Below are positions 51,509 through 61,148 of a stretch of DNA of 64,000 nt, piece by piece (within the stretch, counting starts at the first letter, position 1; each line of letters starts with the position of its first letter). A model generated the notes under the pieces. It was given only the letters and a program-made list of their open reading frames with translations, had not been told where the DNA came from and ran no database searches. Source of the DNA: Acidimicrobiales bacterium (GTDB taxonomy: Bacteria; Actinomycetota; Acidimicrobiia; Acidimicrobiales; Ilumatobacteraceae). The stretch spans positions 109 through 64,108 of the forward strand of contig JBJTVH010000040.1 in the NCBI GenBank assembly GCA_046081125.1. The letters are read 5' to 3'. Both the position numbers and the translations under genes were made by a program.

Positions 51509-52018
51509 ATGCCCCGGACCGACCTGTCGACCCCCCGCAACCGGGGCCGGTTCGGGGTTCATTACGACCCCGAAGCTTTCGGACAGTTCTCCGAGGCGAT
51601 CGCCCGCTACCTCGGCACCGCCCGTTTCCTCGTCATCCAGACGATCATCGTGATCGTCTGGATCGCGCTGAACGTCGCCGTGGTCGCGCTCCGGTTCGAC
51701 CCCTACCCGTTCATCTTGCTCAACCTGGGCTTCTCCACCCAGGCCGCCTACGCCGCGCCGCTGATCCTGCTCGCCCAGAACCGCCAGGAGGCACGCGACC
51801 GCACCCAACTCGAGCTCGACCGGCAAGTCAACGCCCGGGTGCAGGCCGACACGGAATTCCTGGCCCGTGAGCTCGCCAGCGTGCGGCTCGCACTGGCGGA
51901 CGTGGTCACGACGGGCGATCTCGACGATCTCACCCGAGCCGTCGAGCGCATCCACCGCCGCCTCGACGACCTCAGCGAACCGGGACCGCCCCCACCGCGC
52001 GAACCAACGCCCGACTGA
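51509..52018 (+). CDS. DUF1003 membrane protein
   Basis: ATG 51509. GTARFLVIQTIIVIVWIALN...FDPYPFILLNLGFSTQAAYAAPLILLAQNRQ is the DUF1003 pattern. Confidence 0.8.
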   Translation: MPRTDLSTPRNRGRFGVHYDPEAFGQFSEAIARYLGTARFLVIQTIIVIVWIALNVAVVALRFDPYPFILLNLGFSTQAAYAAPLILLAQNRQEARDRTQLELDRQVNARVQADTEFLARELASVRLALADVVTTGDLDDLTRAVERIHRRLDDLSEPGPPPPREPTPD

Positions 52019-52799
52019 ACGCGGCGGGCGACTCCCACGGCACGAGATGGTCGCCGTCGAGCTCGACAACCGCCGCACCGATCATCCCGGCCAGCTCGCG
52101 CTGGCGACCCGGCGGCACCAGCCGGTCGCGTGTGGTCACTACGGACACGGCGGGAACCCCGAGCGAGCCCACCCAGGGCCGGCCGTCGAACCCGCTGATC
52201 GCCCGACCCGCCTCGCGCAACGCCCGCGGGTCGTGACGGCGCCCTTCGGCGGCGAGCCACGGAAGGTAACCGCCGAGTTCGTCCGCCAACACCCGCCGTA
52301 ACCCACGTTGCCCCAGGCGCGCCCCGAGCCGACTGCGCAGCATCGTCTCGAGCAGCGGGAGGCCGATCCACCCCAGGCGCTGATGGCGGTGGCTCGAGAA
52401 CTCGAGCGAGGTCGCTGCGAGCACCAGGCCGCTCACCAGCTCGGGATGCCGGCGAGCGACCAGCAACGAGATCGGTCCGCCCATCGAGTAACCGGTCACG
52501 ATCGACGGACCGAGCCCGAGCACCCGCATCACCCCGGCCACGTCGTCGGCCGCGTCTTCGAGCCGGAACGGATGGAGATCGCGCACCCCTCGCCCGTGAC
52601 CCCGGTGGTCCACGGCGACGAAGCGGTGGGTGGACGCCAACGCCTCGTAGGCGGTGAACCACTGGAGATCACCCGACGCCGTCCACCCGTGCAGCAGGAC
52701 CACCCACGGGCCGGCTCCCTCGGCGTGCACCCGACAGACCATCTCACCCCGACCCGGGAGATCGATCACCTGGGCGGGAGGAAGCCATGGACGCTGCAC
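51972..52799 (-). CDS. alpha/beta hydrolase
   Basis: VVLLHGW..., DHRGHGRG, nucleophile elbow GYSMGG, C-terminal GDHLV. Confidence 0.85.
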   Translation of the reverse strand: MQRPWLPPAQVIDLPGRGEMVCRVHAEGAGPWVVLLHGWTASGDLQWFTAYEALASTHRFVAVDHRGHGRGVRDLHPFRLEDAADDVAGVMRVLGLGPSIVTGYSMGGPISLLVARRHPELVSGLVLAATSLEFSSHRHQRLGWIGLPLLETMLRSRLGARLGQRGLRRVLADELGGYLPWLAAEGRRHDPRALREAGRAISGFDGRPWVGSLGVPAVSVVTTRDRLVPPGRQRELAGMIGAAVVELDGDHLVPWESPAAFSRALVRAVGAVPVR

Positions 52800-52896
52800 G
52801 GCGCCGGAGGGTACCGGGCGACCGGGCGGGGGCTGCCTCCACCCGCTGCTGTGACTCCTGTGACACGATCAGGCCAAGCGGTCGTAGACTCCCAGC

Positions 52897-53688
52897 GTGC
52901 GCACCCAATTGCCGCCCGACCACCTCGCTCGCGACGAGCGCTTCCACCGGATCACCACGGCCGAGCGCTTCAACGATCAGCGGCTCACCAACGGTGAGGA
53001 GCGACGGATGGATCCGACGGCCGAGGACGTCGCCGATCGGGCACGCCGCCAGATGCACGGGATCTTCGTCGGCGAGATCCAAGCCCTCGAGGGGGCCGGA
53101 CGCACGGCGTTCGACTACGGCACCGACGAGATCCCGTTTGCGATGAAGCTGGATATGGCTCGTCAGTGTTGGGACGAGGCCCGTCACGTCGAGATCTCGC
53201 TGAAGCTCGCCGAGCACATGGGCGGCGAGATCGGCGAGTACGCCGAGGCGGTCACCCTGTTCGAAGCGGCATGCCACCCCGATCCGGTGTTCCGCCTCGC
53301 CGGCGTGAACCGGGCGCTCGAAGGCCTCGCGATCGACGTGTTCACCACGATGCGTGACTTCGCTGCCGAGATCGGCGATCCGGTGCTGTGGTTCTGCGAG
53401 GACTGGATGCTCGCCGACGAGGTCACCCACGTGAAGATGGGCTCGACCTGGCTGCGCGAGGTCACCAAGAACGACGCCGACCGCCAGAAGCGGGCGCTCG
53501 AATTCCAGCGCACGGTCGACGGCCTGTTCAACTTCCGCGGTCTGCGAGGCGAGGGCCGCGAAGCGGCGATCCGACTCGCCCGGAAGTTCCGTGAGCTCGC
53601 CGGGTTCGACACCGAAGAGATCGACGACATCCTCGCCGTCGCGGCCGCCCAGCGCGAGGAGCGCCTCGCCGCCATCGGCGCCTACTGA
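52897..53688 (+). CDS. ferritin-like (DUF455-type) protein
   Basis: GTG 52897. EIQALEGAGR...MARQCWDEARHVEISL...ALEGLAIDV...CEDWMLADEVTHVKMG are di-iron four-helix-bundle-like E/ExxH pairs. Confidence 0.7.
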   Translation: MRTQLPPDHLARDERFHRITTAERFNDQRLTNGEERRMDPTAEDVADRARRQMHGIFVGEIQALEGAGRTAFDYGTDEIPFAMKLDMARQCWDEARHVEISLKLAEHMGGEIGEYAEAVTLFEAACHPDPVFRLAGVNRALEGLAIDVFTTMRDFAAEIGDPVLWFCEDWMLADEVTHVKMGSTWLREVTKNDADRQKRALEFQRTVDGLFNFRGLRGEGREAAIRLARKFRELAGFDTEEIDDILAVAAAQREERLAAIGAY

Positions 53689-53699
53689 TCGCTGCTCTG

Positions 53700-53730
53700 C
53701 CGGTGGCGCCTAGCTAGCGGGCGCCACCGG
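53700..53730. terminator. GC-rich hairpin between convergent genes
   Basis: CCGGTGGCGCC (53700-53710), 9-nt loop, GGCGCCACCGG (53720-53730): a perfect 11-bp stem. There is no clear U-tract on either side. Confidence 0.45.
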
Positions 53731-53735
53731 AACTG

Positions 53736-54713
53736 TTACTCGCCGGCGCCGACGAAGCGAGCCGCACGGATCCCGCGCCGGTAGAGCTCGGTGAGCAGCG
53801 CGATCGTGTCGAGCCGTCGGTCCGCCAACCCGTAGGCGCCTCGCGGCGCCGTAGGTGCCGCCAGCGCCGCCAGCGCAGCGACCCCACCGGCGGCGACCGC
53901 TGGACGGTCGACAGCGCCGAGGATCTCGACGACACGGGCCCCATTGCGCTGACCACGCACCTCGATCCGCACCGCACCGAGCCCGCCTTCAGGATGGGGT
54001 GGTCGCAGCATCGGCAGCCGGGCCGTGAGCCGGTCACGCCGGGTTGCGCTGGTACGGGCCGAAAGGCGTTGCGCCTCCGGGAACGCCGGGAGCAACAGCG
54101 TCGGGTCGACGAGCTGCGCGTGGTAACAGTCGCGAGCGCCGACCGGCTCGGGGAACCAGAGCAGCTCTCGGCCAGAGCCGCCGGAGCGCTCCATCCAACG
54201 CCCGTCTCGCCACATGACGGCTGTCGACGACAGCGCCCGGTGATGCTGCCGAGCACACGCCGGACCGCCGGTCCCGTGCCGAGCCACGTGGACCTCGTCC
54301 ACGTGGTCCATGTCCGCCGCGGCGAAACGCGCCAGCAAGCAGGTGAGGCCAGGAGCGAAGCCGGCGCCGACCAGCACGGTCCGGTCCGAACACTCGGCGT
54401 CCTTACCCAGGTCCAGCACGTCGCGCACGTCCCGCAGGTCGTCCGACGTACTGACGACGTGCGCTCCGAGGGCAAGCGCCGAGCGAACAGCAGGCCCGTG
54501 CGGGGCCGGCGTTGCCAGCACCACGACGTCACACGGCTCCATCGGGAACGCCTCCGACATCCCCCGTGCCGAGCCAGCCAGCGACGCCGCTACCTGCGCC
54601 GATCGACCAGAGACCACGTCGTGAAGCCGCACCTCGGTCACCTGCGGCGACACGGTGAGCTGTCGCGCGGCTCTCGCTCCGACCGCGCCGAGACCGACGA
54701 CCGCAATCCGCAC
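53736..54713 (-). CDS. saccharopine-dehydrogenase-like NAD(P)-binding oxidoreductase
   Basis: MRIAVVGLGAVGARAARQL Rossmann N-terminus. Overall pattern of the Sacchrp_dh_NADP family; the assignment is tentative. Confidence 0.65.
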   Translation of the reverse strand: MRIAVVGLGAVGARAARQLTVSPQVTEVRLHDVVSGRSAQVAASLAGSARGMSEAFPMEPCDVVVLATPAPHGPAVRSALALGAHVVSTSDDLRDVRDVLDLGKDAECSDRTVLVGAGFAPGLTCLLARFAAADMDHVDEVHVARHGTGGPACARQHHRALSSTAVMWRDGRWMERSGGSGRELLWFPEPVGARDCYHAQLVDPTLLLPAFPEAQRLSARTSATRRDRLTARLPMLRPPHPEGGLGAVRIEVRGQRNGARVVEILGAVDRPAVAAGGVAALAALAAPTAPRGAYGLADRRLDTIALLTELYRRGIRAARFVGAGE

Positions 54714-54852
54714 TCAGGCCGTCCGGTCGAAGGGAATCTCCTGCCAGCCGCCACGCTGCGGAGGCACGCCACCTCGGCCGCGCAGCCGCACGAGAAGTGC
54801 GATCACGGCGGTTCCCGACACAGCCAGGAGCGCTCGGCGTACGGCCTTCACG

Positions 54853-54926
54853 TGGGGCTAGCTGGAATCGAACCAGCGACCTTCACATTATCAGTGTGAC
54901 GCTCTAACCGACTGAGCTATAGCCCC
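54853..54926 (-). tRNA. tRNA-Ile (anticodon GAU), CCA not encoded
   Basis: Reverse complement: GGGGCTATAGCTCAGTCGGTTAGAGCGTCACACTGATAATGTGAAGGTCGCTGGTTCGATTCCAGCTAGCCCCA. The anticodon loop is CTGATAA. Confidence 0.95.
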
Positions 54927-54967
54927 GAACCGGGACCGGCAGGCTACCCGCCCCGAACCGGATGGCG

Positions 54968-55723
54968 TCAACCGGATACCGCTGGTCCCGCGAGGGCCGG
55001 GTCGCTCCCATCCGCCGGGGCGCCGGACGGCAGGTCGTAGGCGAGGACGACCTCTTCCTCGAGCACCGTCACCCGAATGCCCCCGACGAGGTCGGTAATC
55101 AGGTTGAACAGGATCGCCGCCACGACGCTCGCCGCCGTGCCCGCCAGGGCGAGCACCGCTCCGAGCCACACCGCAGCACGGAAGATGACGTCGCCCTGAA
55201 GCTCAAAGGAGTCGAGCGCGAACAGTTCCTTCACGAACCCTTCGACGTTGGCGATCGTGCCGGTGGTGTCCGCAAGGTTCCACAGCAGCACGGAGGCGAC
55301 GAGCACCACGGCATACGCCACCGCCCAGAACACGAGCGCCACCTTGAACACCGACCAGGCGTCGACCCGGCGCACCACCCGGGACACCTTCCGGACCCGC
55401 GGACGGCGCATTCGCCACCGTTGCCAAGCCGAGGGCGCCGGCCGGACCGGTTCGACGACCGGTTCGACGATGGCGGCGGGCTCCGGATCGACGGTCACCA
55501 CAGCAGGGACCACGGTGGCCAGTTCGGCGGGCCAGGACTGGTCGTGCGCTCCGAGATCCGTACGCGCCGGCTCCGGCGCCTCGGGCTCCAGGAGCGCATC
55601 GTTCGCCGTCGGTTCGTTCCACGGGGGAGCCTCGCTCGGCGGCGCCCAGGAGGTGAACGGCGAGTCCGCGTTCGTTGGATCGTCGCTCGGCCGCAGCGGT
55701 CGGTCGTCGATCCGTTCGGCCAT
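54968..55723 (-). CDS. DUF3566 transmembrane protein (conserved gyrA neighbour)
   Basis: C-terminal VRRVDAWSVFKVALVFWAVAYAVVLVASVLLWNLA...LFNLITDLVGGIRVTVLEEE is the DUF3566 pattern. I prefer ATG 55723 (MAERIDD); the alternative 55765 overlaps the upstream gene. Confidence 0.8.
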   Translation of the reverse strand: MAERIDDRPLRPSDDPTNADSPFTSWAPPSEAPPWNEPTANDALLEPEAPEPARTDLGAHDQSWPAELATVVPAVVTVDPEPAAIVEPVVEPVRPAPSAWQRWRMRRPRVRKVSRVVRRVDAWSVFKVALVFWAVAYAVVLVASVLLWNLADTTGTIANVEGFVKELFALDSFELQGDVIFRAAVWLGAVLALAGTAASVVAAILFNLITDLVGGIRVTVLEEEVVLAYDLPSGAPADGSDPALAGPAVSG

Positions 55724-55733
55724 CACGGCGAGC

Positions 55734-56081
55734 TTACGGCGGCGAGGTGTTCCGACGGCGTTCATCCGCGGGCACCCAGACGAGCTCGGCGCGCGCGTGC
55801 GCCCGGGCGCCTCCGACTACGACGACCACCTCAACGACGTCACCGGTGCGAACCACCGACGCCACACGTGCGCCGTTGTCGGCGGCCAGCCGCTCCGCGG
55901 GCGCGCCCATCGCCACCCCGAGCGCCACGGCATCGGCGGCAGTGCGGGCCCGGGCAGCATCGACCGCCACCGCCGACAACCGTCCGATCGCTGTCACCGA
56001 CACGGCAGCGACCGCAGCGACGGCGACCACCAGAACCGTCGCTCCTCCGAGCTCCGCTCGCACGTCCGAATGACCACCCAC
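55734..56081 (-). CDS. Rv3654c-type TadE-like protein (orphan)
   Basis: 115 aa. GGATVLVVAVAAVAAVSV...ARARTAADAVALGVAMG...LAADNGARVASVVRTGDVVEVVVVV resembles the helicase/secretion-neighbourhood TadE-like family. No other Tad genes are nearby. Confidence 0.5.
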   Translation of the reverse strand: MGGHSDVRAELGGATVLVVAVAAVAAVSVTAIGRLSAVAVDAARARTAADAVALGVAMGAPAERLAADNGARVASVVRTGDVVEVVVVVGGARAHARAELVWVPADERRRNTSPP

Positions 56082-56147
56082 GACCCACCTCCGGCCAACC
56101 GGGGCGGCGCACGCCGCGAACGAACGACCTGGGTCGCCCGAGACCGC

Positions 56148-58676
56148 TCACTCGGCGGGATCGACCGCCTCGGCGACAATGGGCGCCACCGACGCAACCG
56201 ACTGACCCTCGCCGAGGCTCATCACCCGCACCCCGGTGGCTTCGCGACCCTGGAGGGAGATCTCCCGGACAGGCATCCGGATCGTGACTCCCTCGGTGCT
56301 GACCGCCACGATCTCGTCGTCCTCGCCGACCATGAACGCTGCGACCACGGCACCCTTCAACGAGGTCAACCGGATCGCCATCACCCCTTGACCGCCACGA
56401 CCCTGGACCGAGAACCGAGCGGTTTCGGTGCGCTTGCCGTAACCGGCTTCGGTCACCACCAGCAGGGCCATCTGCGGGCGCACGAGATCGCAGGACACCA
56501 CCGTGTCGCCCGCACGTAGACGCATCCCCCGCACACCCGTGGCGTCGCGCCCCATGGACCGCGCGTCCGACTCGGTGAAACGGATCGCCATCCCTTGGCG
56601 GGAGACCAGCAGCACGTCGTCGTCACCGGAGGTGACCACGACTCGGACCAGCTCGTCACCGTCACGCAGATGCAGCGCAATGAGCCCGTCGCGGCGCGAC
56701 GAGGCGTACTCGGCGAACTCCGTCCGCTTCACCGTACCGTCGCGAGTGACGAACAGCAGATAGCGCTCTCCACCGATCTCGCGAGTGTCGATGATCGCCT
56801 GGACCTGCTCACCGACCTGCAACGGCAACAGGTTCTGGATCGGCATCCCTTTCGCTGTGCGCTCCCGCTCGGGAATGCGATGGGCGCGAAGGCGGTAGAC
56901 GCGACCCAGGTTCGTGAAGAACAAGACATGGGCGTGAGCCGTCGTGTGGATCACGTGCCGGACCAAATCTTCGTCCTTCAGCTTTGCGGCCGACACCCCC
57001 CGTCCACCGCGGGCCTGGGTCCGGAATGCGGCGGCGTCGACCGTCTTCACGTAGCCGGCACCGGTCATCACGACGACGAGTTCCTTGTCATCGATCAGAT
57101 CGAGGTCGTCGATCTCACCGATATCCTGGGTGAGCTGCGCACGACGCGGGGTTGCATACTCGGCCCGGATCGCGACGAGTTCGTCGGTGATCACCGCACG
57201 CTTGCGACCTTCGTCGGCGAGCAGCACCTCGAGCTCGGTGACCGTCGCGCGCAGCGCTTCGATGCGCTCCTCGATCTCGACCCGGGAGAGTCGGGTCAGC
57301 TGCCCGAGACGCATGTCGAGGATGTGGTTCGCCTGGTCCTCGCTGAATACGTAGGGCTCGGTCATCAGCCGGCTCCGGGCGTCGGCCCGGTCCTCGCTGG
57401 CGCGCACGAGGGCGATGATCTCGTCGATCACGTTGATCGCTCGCGCCAAACCCTCCTGGATGTGGAGCTGGTGTCGCGCCTCGGCGAGCCGGTGCTCGCT
57501 TCGCCGGGTGATCACCTCGAGCTGGTGCGCCACGTAGGCGGTGAGCGCATCGCGCAGGTTGAGCGTCCTCGGCACACCGTCGACGAGCGCCACCATGTTC
57601 ACCGGGAAGCTGGTCTGCAGCTGGGTGAGCTTGTAGAGGTTGTTGAGGACCACGTTGGGGTTCGCGTCCCGCTTCAGCGAGAACACGAGCCGAGTCCCGA
57701 CCTTGTCCGACGATTCGTCGTTGACGTCGTCGATCCCGGTGAGTTCCCCCGCGGCGACCAGTTCGGTCGTGCGCTCCGCGATCGCGTTGCAGCTCGTCTG
57801 GTACGGAAGTTCCGTCACGACGATCTGGAAGCGATCGCCTCGGCGGCCCGCTTCCTCGATGACGGCGTTGGCGCGCATCTTCACCGAACCACGGCCGGTC
57901 CGGTAGGCCTCGGCGATCCCGACCCGACCGAGGATCAGGCCGCCGGTCGGGAAGTCCGGTCCCTTCACGAACCTCATCAGGTCGTCTGGGGTTGCGTCCG
58001 GGTTGGCGAGCAGGTGCACCGTGGCGTCGATGACCTCGCCGAGGTTGTGTGGCGGGATGTTGGTGGCCATGCCTACCGCAATGCCCTGGCTGCCGTTCAC
58101 CAAGAGGTTGGGAAAACGGGCCGGGAGCACGACCGGCTCGGTGGTCTGCGCGTCGTAGTTCGCCGTGAAGTCGACGGTGTTCTCATCGATGTCGGCGAGC
58201 AACCGCATGGCGATGGACGCAAGGCGGCATTCCGTGTAGCGCTCTGCGGCGGGGCCGAAGTCCGGCGAGCCGTAGTTGCCGTGGAAGTCGACCAGCGGAT
58301 GTCGCAGCGAGAACGGCTGGGCCATCCGCACGAGGGCGTCGTAGATCGCCGAATTCCCGTGCGGATGGAACTTCGCCATCGTGTCCCCCGTTACCCGGGC
58401 ACACTTGACGAACGGCCGGTCGGGACGGAAGTTCTGCTGCTCCATGTCCCAGAGGATCCGTCGGTGCACCGGTTTGAGGCCGTCGCGCACGTCTGGCAGA
58501 GCGCGGGCGACGATGACCGACATGGCGTAGTCGAGGAACGACCGTTCCATCTCGGCTTGGATCTCGATGGGTTCGATGGACGAGGGGGCCGGGATCTCCA
58601 CCACGGCATCGACCGGGGTGCCGTCCGGGGTGGCCTGAGGCGTCGGTTCCGGGTGGTCGGGCGGAAGGTCGGTCAT
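56148..58676 (-). CDS. gyrA: DNA gyrase subunit A
   Basis: ATG 58676 is just downstream of the gyrB stop. FLDYAMSVIVARALPDVRDGLKPVHRRILW, HPHGNSAIYDALVRMAQ, and the C-terminal beta-pinwheel repeats. Confidence 0.97.
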   Translation of the reverse strand: MTDLPPDHPEPTPQATPDGTPVDAVVEIPAPSSIEPIEIQAEMERSFLDYAMSVIVARALPDVRDGLKPVHRRILWDMEQQNFRPDRPFVKCARVTGDTMAKFHPHGNSAIYDALVRMAQPFSLRHPLVDFHGNYGSPDFGPAAERYTECRLASIAMRLLADIDENTVDFTANYDAQTTEPVVLPARFPNLLVNGSQGIAVGMATNIPPHNLGEVIDATVHLLANPDATPDDLMRFVKGPDFPTGGLILGRVGIAEAYRTGRGSVKMRANAVIEEAGRRGDRFQIVVTELPYQTSCNAIAERTTELVAAGELTGIDDVNDESSDKVGTRLVFSLKRDANPNVVLNNLYKLTQLQTSFPVNMVALVDGVPRTLNLRDALTAYVAHQLEVITRRSEHRLAEARHQLHIQEGLARAINVIDEIIALVRASEDRADARSRLMTEPYVFSEDQANHILDMRLGQLTRLSRVEIEERIEALRATVTELEVLLADEGRKRAVITDELVAIRAEYATPRRAQLTQDIGEIDDLDLIDDKELVVVMTGAGYVKTVDAAAFRTQARGGRGVSAAKLKDEDLVRHVIHTTAHAHVLFFTNLGRVYRLRAHRIPERERTAKGMPIQNLLPLQVGEQVQAIIDTREIGGERYLLFVTRDGTVKRTEFAEYASSRRDGLIALHLRDGDELVRVVVTSGDDDVLLVSRQGMAIRFTESDARSMGRDATGVRGMRLRAGDTVVSCDLVRPQMALLVVTEAGYGKRTETARFSVQGRGGQGVMAIRLTSLKGAVVAAFMVGEDDEIVAVSTEGVTIRMPVREISLQGREATGVRVMSLGEGQSVASVAPIVAEAVDPAE

Positions 58677-58677
58677 C

Positions 58678-60660
58678 TCAGATGTCCAGGAACCGAACGT
58701 CTTTCGCGTTGCGTTGGATGAACGCCTTGCGAAGGTCGACCTCGTCACCCATCAGCACGCTCGTGATCTCGTCCGCGAGCGCAGCCTGCTCGACCGTGAC
58801 CTGCAGCAACGTACGCCGGTCCGGATCCATCGTGGTGTCCCGCAGTTCGGCGGCATCCATTTCGCCGAGGCCTTTGAGGCGCTGGAATTCCTTGCGGTGA
58901 TTCGGATGCGCCTGCAGGAACTGGGTCTTCGCGACGTCGTCCTTCAGGTAGCGCTTCTCTTTCCCCACTTCGGTCGAATAGAGCGGCGGCTGCGCGATGT
59001 AGATCATCCCGCTCTCCACCAGGGGCTTCATCTGCCGGAAGAAGAACGTGAGGAGCAACGTTCGGATGTGGCTGCCATCGACATCGGCGTCGCACATCGC
59101 GATCACCTTGTGGTAGCGCACCTTGCCCAGATCGAACTCGTCGCCCACCCCGCCACCGATAGCGGTCACCAAGGCGATGATCTCGTTGTTCTTGAGCATC
59201 CGATCGATACGCGCCCGCTCGACGTTCAGGATCTTCCCGCGGATCGGCAGGATCGCCTGGATGCGCGGATCGCGTGCCGACACGGCGGTCCCGCCGGCCG
59301 AGTCGCCCTCCACGATGAACAGCTCGCATTCACCCGGGTCGCGGCTCGAGCAATCCTTCAACTTCTCGGGCATCCCGGCCCCCGACAGGCCGGTCTTGCG
59401 ACGGATGGCGTTTCGGGCGTTCTTCGCTGCGACGCGCGCGAGCGCAGCCGCTTGCGCCTTGCGGACGATCAGCTGCGCCTCTTTGGGGTTCTCCTCGAAC
59501 CATTCGGCGAGCTTTGCGTTCGTGACCTTCTGTACGAGCGAACGAATCGAAACGTTGCCGAGCTTCGCTTTGGTCTGACCTTCGAACTGCGGTTCCCGGA
59601 GCTTCACCGCGATGATTCCGGTGAGACCTTCGCGTATGTCGTCACCGGTGAGCCGTTCGTCCTTGCCCTCTTTCAGCAGTCCACGGGCAAAGGCGTAGTC
59701 GTTGACCACCTTGGTGAGCGCAGAGCGGAAGCCCTCGACATGCATCCCCCCTTCAGTGGTGGAGATGCCGTTGGCGTACCCGTGGATCGACTCGTAGTAG
59801 CCGGTGTTCCACTGAAGGGCGACGTCGACGGTCTGGTCGTCCTCCTCGGCGTCGAAGGTGATCGCCTTCACGAACAGCGCTTCTTTCGACGCGTTGAGGT
59901 GCCGGACGAAATCGACGAGCCCGCCGTCGTACCGGAACACCTCGGCGTGCTCGCGGCCGGCACGTTCGTCGACGAAGGCGATCTCGAGACCGCGGTTGAG
60001 GAACGCCATCACCTGCAGGCGTTCGAGGACGGTGCGGGCGACGAACTCCACGCCTTCCTCGGACTGGAAGATCGCAGCATCGGGCCAGAACGTGACGGCC
60101 GTGCCGCTTCGCCGGCCTTCTGGACTGTCGCCGACGATCTGCAGCGCAGCCGCGACCTTGCCACCGTCGGCGAACACCATCCGGTGACGGGAGCCGCCCC
60201 GGTCGATCTCGAGTTCGAGCCGCGTCGACAACGCATTGACGACGGAGACGCCCACGCCATGGAGACCGCCGGACACCTTGTAGCCCTCGCCGCCGAACTT
60301 GCCACCGGCGTGCAGCACCGTGAGCACGACCTCAGCAGCACTCTTGCCCGCATGCGGCCCTTCCGGATACGGGTCGACGGGGATGCCCCGGCCGTCGTCG
60401 ACCACTCGACAGCCGCCGTCGGCAGTGAGGGTGACCTCGATCCGTCGGCAGTAGCCGGCCATCGCTTCGTCGACCGAATTGTCGACGACCTCCCAGATCA
60501 GGTGGTGGAGCCCGGTGAGGCCGGTGGAGCCGATGTACATGCCCGGCCTCTTGCGGACCGGCTCGAGCCCTTCGAGGACCTGGATGTCCTTCGCTCCGTA
60601 CTCCCGCGAACCGGACATTGCCGAACCGCTCGTCAAGTTGTCACTCGTGGCATCCGTCAA
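58678..60660 (-). CDS. gyrB: DNA gyrase subunit B
   Basis: LEGLEPVRKRPGMYIGSTG, GLHHLIWEVVDNSVDEA, GGLHGVG, EGDSAGG, PIRGKILNVE, C-terminal RFLDI. Confidence 0.97.
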   Translation of the reverse strand: MTDATSDNLTSGSAMSGSREYGAKDIQVLEGLEPVRKRPGMYIGSTGLTGLHHLIWEVVDNSVDEAMAGYCRRIEVTLTADGGCRVVDDGRGIPVDPYPEGPHAGKSAAEVVLTVLHAGGKFGGEGYKVSGGLHGVGVSVVNALSTRLELEIDRGGSRHRMVFADGGKVAAALQIVGDSPEGRRSGTAVTFWPDAAIFQSEEGVEFVARTVLERLQVMAFLNRGLEIAFVDERAGREHAEVFRYDGGLVDFVRHLNASKEALFVKAITFDAEEDDQTVDVALQWNTGYYESIHGYANGISTTEGGMHVEGFRSALTKVVNDYAFARGLLKEGKDERLTGDDIREGLTGIIAVKLREPQFEGQTKAKLGNVSIRSLVQKVTNAKLAEWFEENPKEAQLIVRKAQAAALARVAAKNARNAIRRKTGLSGAGMPEKLKDCSSRDPGECELFIVEGDSAGGTAVSARDPRIQAILPIRGKILNVERARIDRMLKNNEIIALVTAIGGGVGDEFDLGKVRYHKVIAMCDADVDGSHIRTLLLTFFFRQMKPLVESGMIYIAQPPLYSTEVGKEKRYLKDDVAKTQFLQAHPNHRKEFQRLKGLGEMDAAELRDTTMDPDRRTLLQVTVEQAALADEITSVLMGDEVDLRKAFIQRNAKDVRFLDI

Positions 60661-60782
60661 CGCGCGCTCCGCGGCTGGTCAGGTGGGGCGGAACCGGGCC
60701 GAGTGGGAATGAACCGGCAGGTCAGACGGTCCGTGGGGAGGGGTTCCTCGACCACCCGAAGTCTACCAGGGGGGTGACGCGA

Positions 60783-61148
60783 CTATCGGCGACGCACGCG
60801 CACCTCGAGCGCCACGACGCGGCCTGGCCCGACCACGGCCGCGAGTCGTCCGAGCACCTCGGACTCGAGGAACCGCACCTGCGTCGACCAGGCCGGATCG
60901 TCCACCTCGACCACGAGACGGCCGTCGTCGAGATGCACCGGGCGGACGTGACGAGCGATGTGGTCACCCACCGCCGCTTCCCAGGACGCGAACACCGATG
61001 CCGTCGCCCGACCGTCGCCTCCCCGCCACGACCGCACGACGGCATCGAGCGCGTCGGTGATCCCCACCGGATCGTCTCCTCGGCGAGCTCGGTCAGGGGC
61101 ACTCATCGCCGGATCCCGATCATGGACATCCCGATCACGACTGGTCAT
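60783..61148 (-). CDS. DUF721 (DciA-like) protein
   Basis: Conserved position between recF and gyrB. W..AVG..IA.H..PV.L.DG.L.V.V....W...L.....E.L..L pattern. Confidence 0.8.
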   Translation of the reverse strand: MTSRDRDVHDRDPAMSAPDRARRGDDPVGITDALDAVVRSWRGGDGRATASVFASWEAAVGDHIARHVRPVHLDDGRLVVEVDDPAWSTQVRFLESEVLGRLAAVVGPGRVVALEVRVRRR

